This document shows, in pieces, positions 19,533 to 20,000 of a stretch of 20,000 nucleotides of DNA (positions are counted from its first letter, which is position 1; every line of letters starts with the position of its first letter). Under the pieces are notes generated by a model. That model did no database searches, had not been told where the DNA came from, and was given only the letters and a program-made list of their open reading frames with translations. Both the position numbers and the translations under genes were made by a program. Origin of the DNA: Asterionella formosa (taxonomy: Eukaryota). Where the stretch lies: positions 45,223 to 65,222 of the forward strand of contig NKIB01013024.1 of assembly GCA_002256025.1 (NCBI GenBank). The letters are read 5' to 3'.

Positions 19533-19597
19533 ATTTGGCGCCAAATCAAGGCGAATGTTCCCCAATTGGTAGCAATTGCTACCAATTTGGACCCAAA
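19533..19597. repeat. Cluster of palindromes
   Basis: ATTTGGCGCCAAAT (19533-19546), AATTGGTAGCAATTGCTACCAATT (19564-19587, perfect 24 bp), TTTGGACCCAAA (19586-19597). Confidence 0.9.
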
Positions 19598-19882
19598 CAA
19601 TTTGTATCAAGTCTCTCAAACTTCTGGGCCATAGATTTCTACATAAAGGTTATGATGATGTATGCAGTGATTTAACTGTAGTGATATACCAGAATACCAC
19701 ATTCACACCACACTTTGTATGATATTACTGTTTATTGTATAGACTTACTTATTTATTCATTTATGACAAATTGATTTTATTCTTTTGCTTAGTATTTGAT
19801 GATACTTTGATGCAATCTTATAATATTGTTTGAATAGGTCATTATTATTATAATACCATACTTTGGTAGTAACTACCGTATA

Positions 19883-19965
19883 CTTCATTGTCCTGGACCC
19901 CCCAATGTACACTGCCGTGACTGAATTTGACTGATTTTACTTAAGGGGGGCCCAGGACAATGAAG
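19883..19965. mobile_element. 83-bp tiny MITE-like element
   Basis: 21-bp inverted repeats CTTCATTGTCCTGG(A/G)CCCCCC at 19883-19903 and 19945-19965 with 1 mismatch. TA on the left flank only. Confidence 0.6.
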
Positions 19966-20000
19966 AGATTTCCCTTATAATGGACCTAAGTAAATTTCTT

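Overview
Eukaryotic, most likely diatom, genomic DNA (inferred from a CoDi-type copia gag, a diatom-style fasciclin and a YR-retrotransposon fragment). Two large intronless + strand ORFs (3053-6496, 1147 aa; 16161-18614, 817 aa) appear to be divergent paralogs. They are Ser/Thr/Lys-rich, probably disordered, and share a 40-aa helical module, a W-x-S-L-F-x-D-L motif, an LRSKTxxW motif and a twice-repeated PRNRAFxALKSF motif. Between them lie a two-FAS1 membrane protein gene with a probable stop-free in-frame intron, a convergent pseudogene, and decayed transposons (copia gag, PR-IN and RT-RNase H; PIF/Harbinger transposase). A DIRS/Ngaro-type fragment lies near the window start. Small elements found by reading the sequence: two tRNA-Ala-derived SINE-like insertions with target-site duplications nested in the copia RNase H, a 72-bp-arm foldback hairpin just upstream of the first large ORF, two small MITE-like elements, an LTR-like direct repeat pair, and an excess of TACCGGTA (possible transposon footprint). 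All family assignments come from recalled motifs and hand alignment, not database searches.
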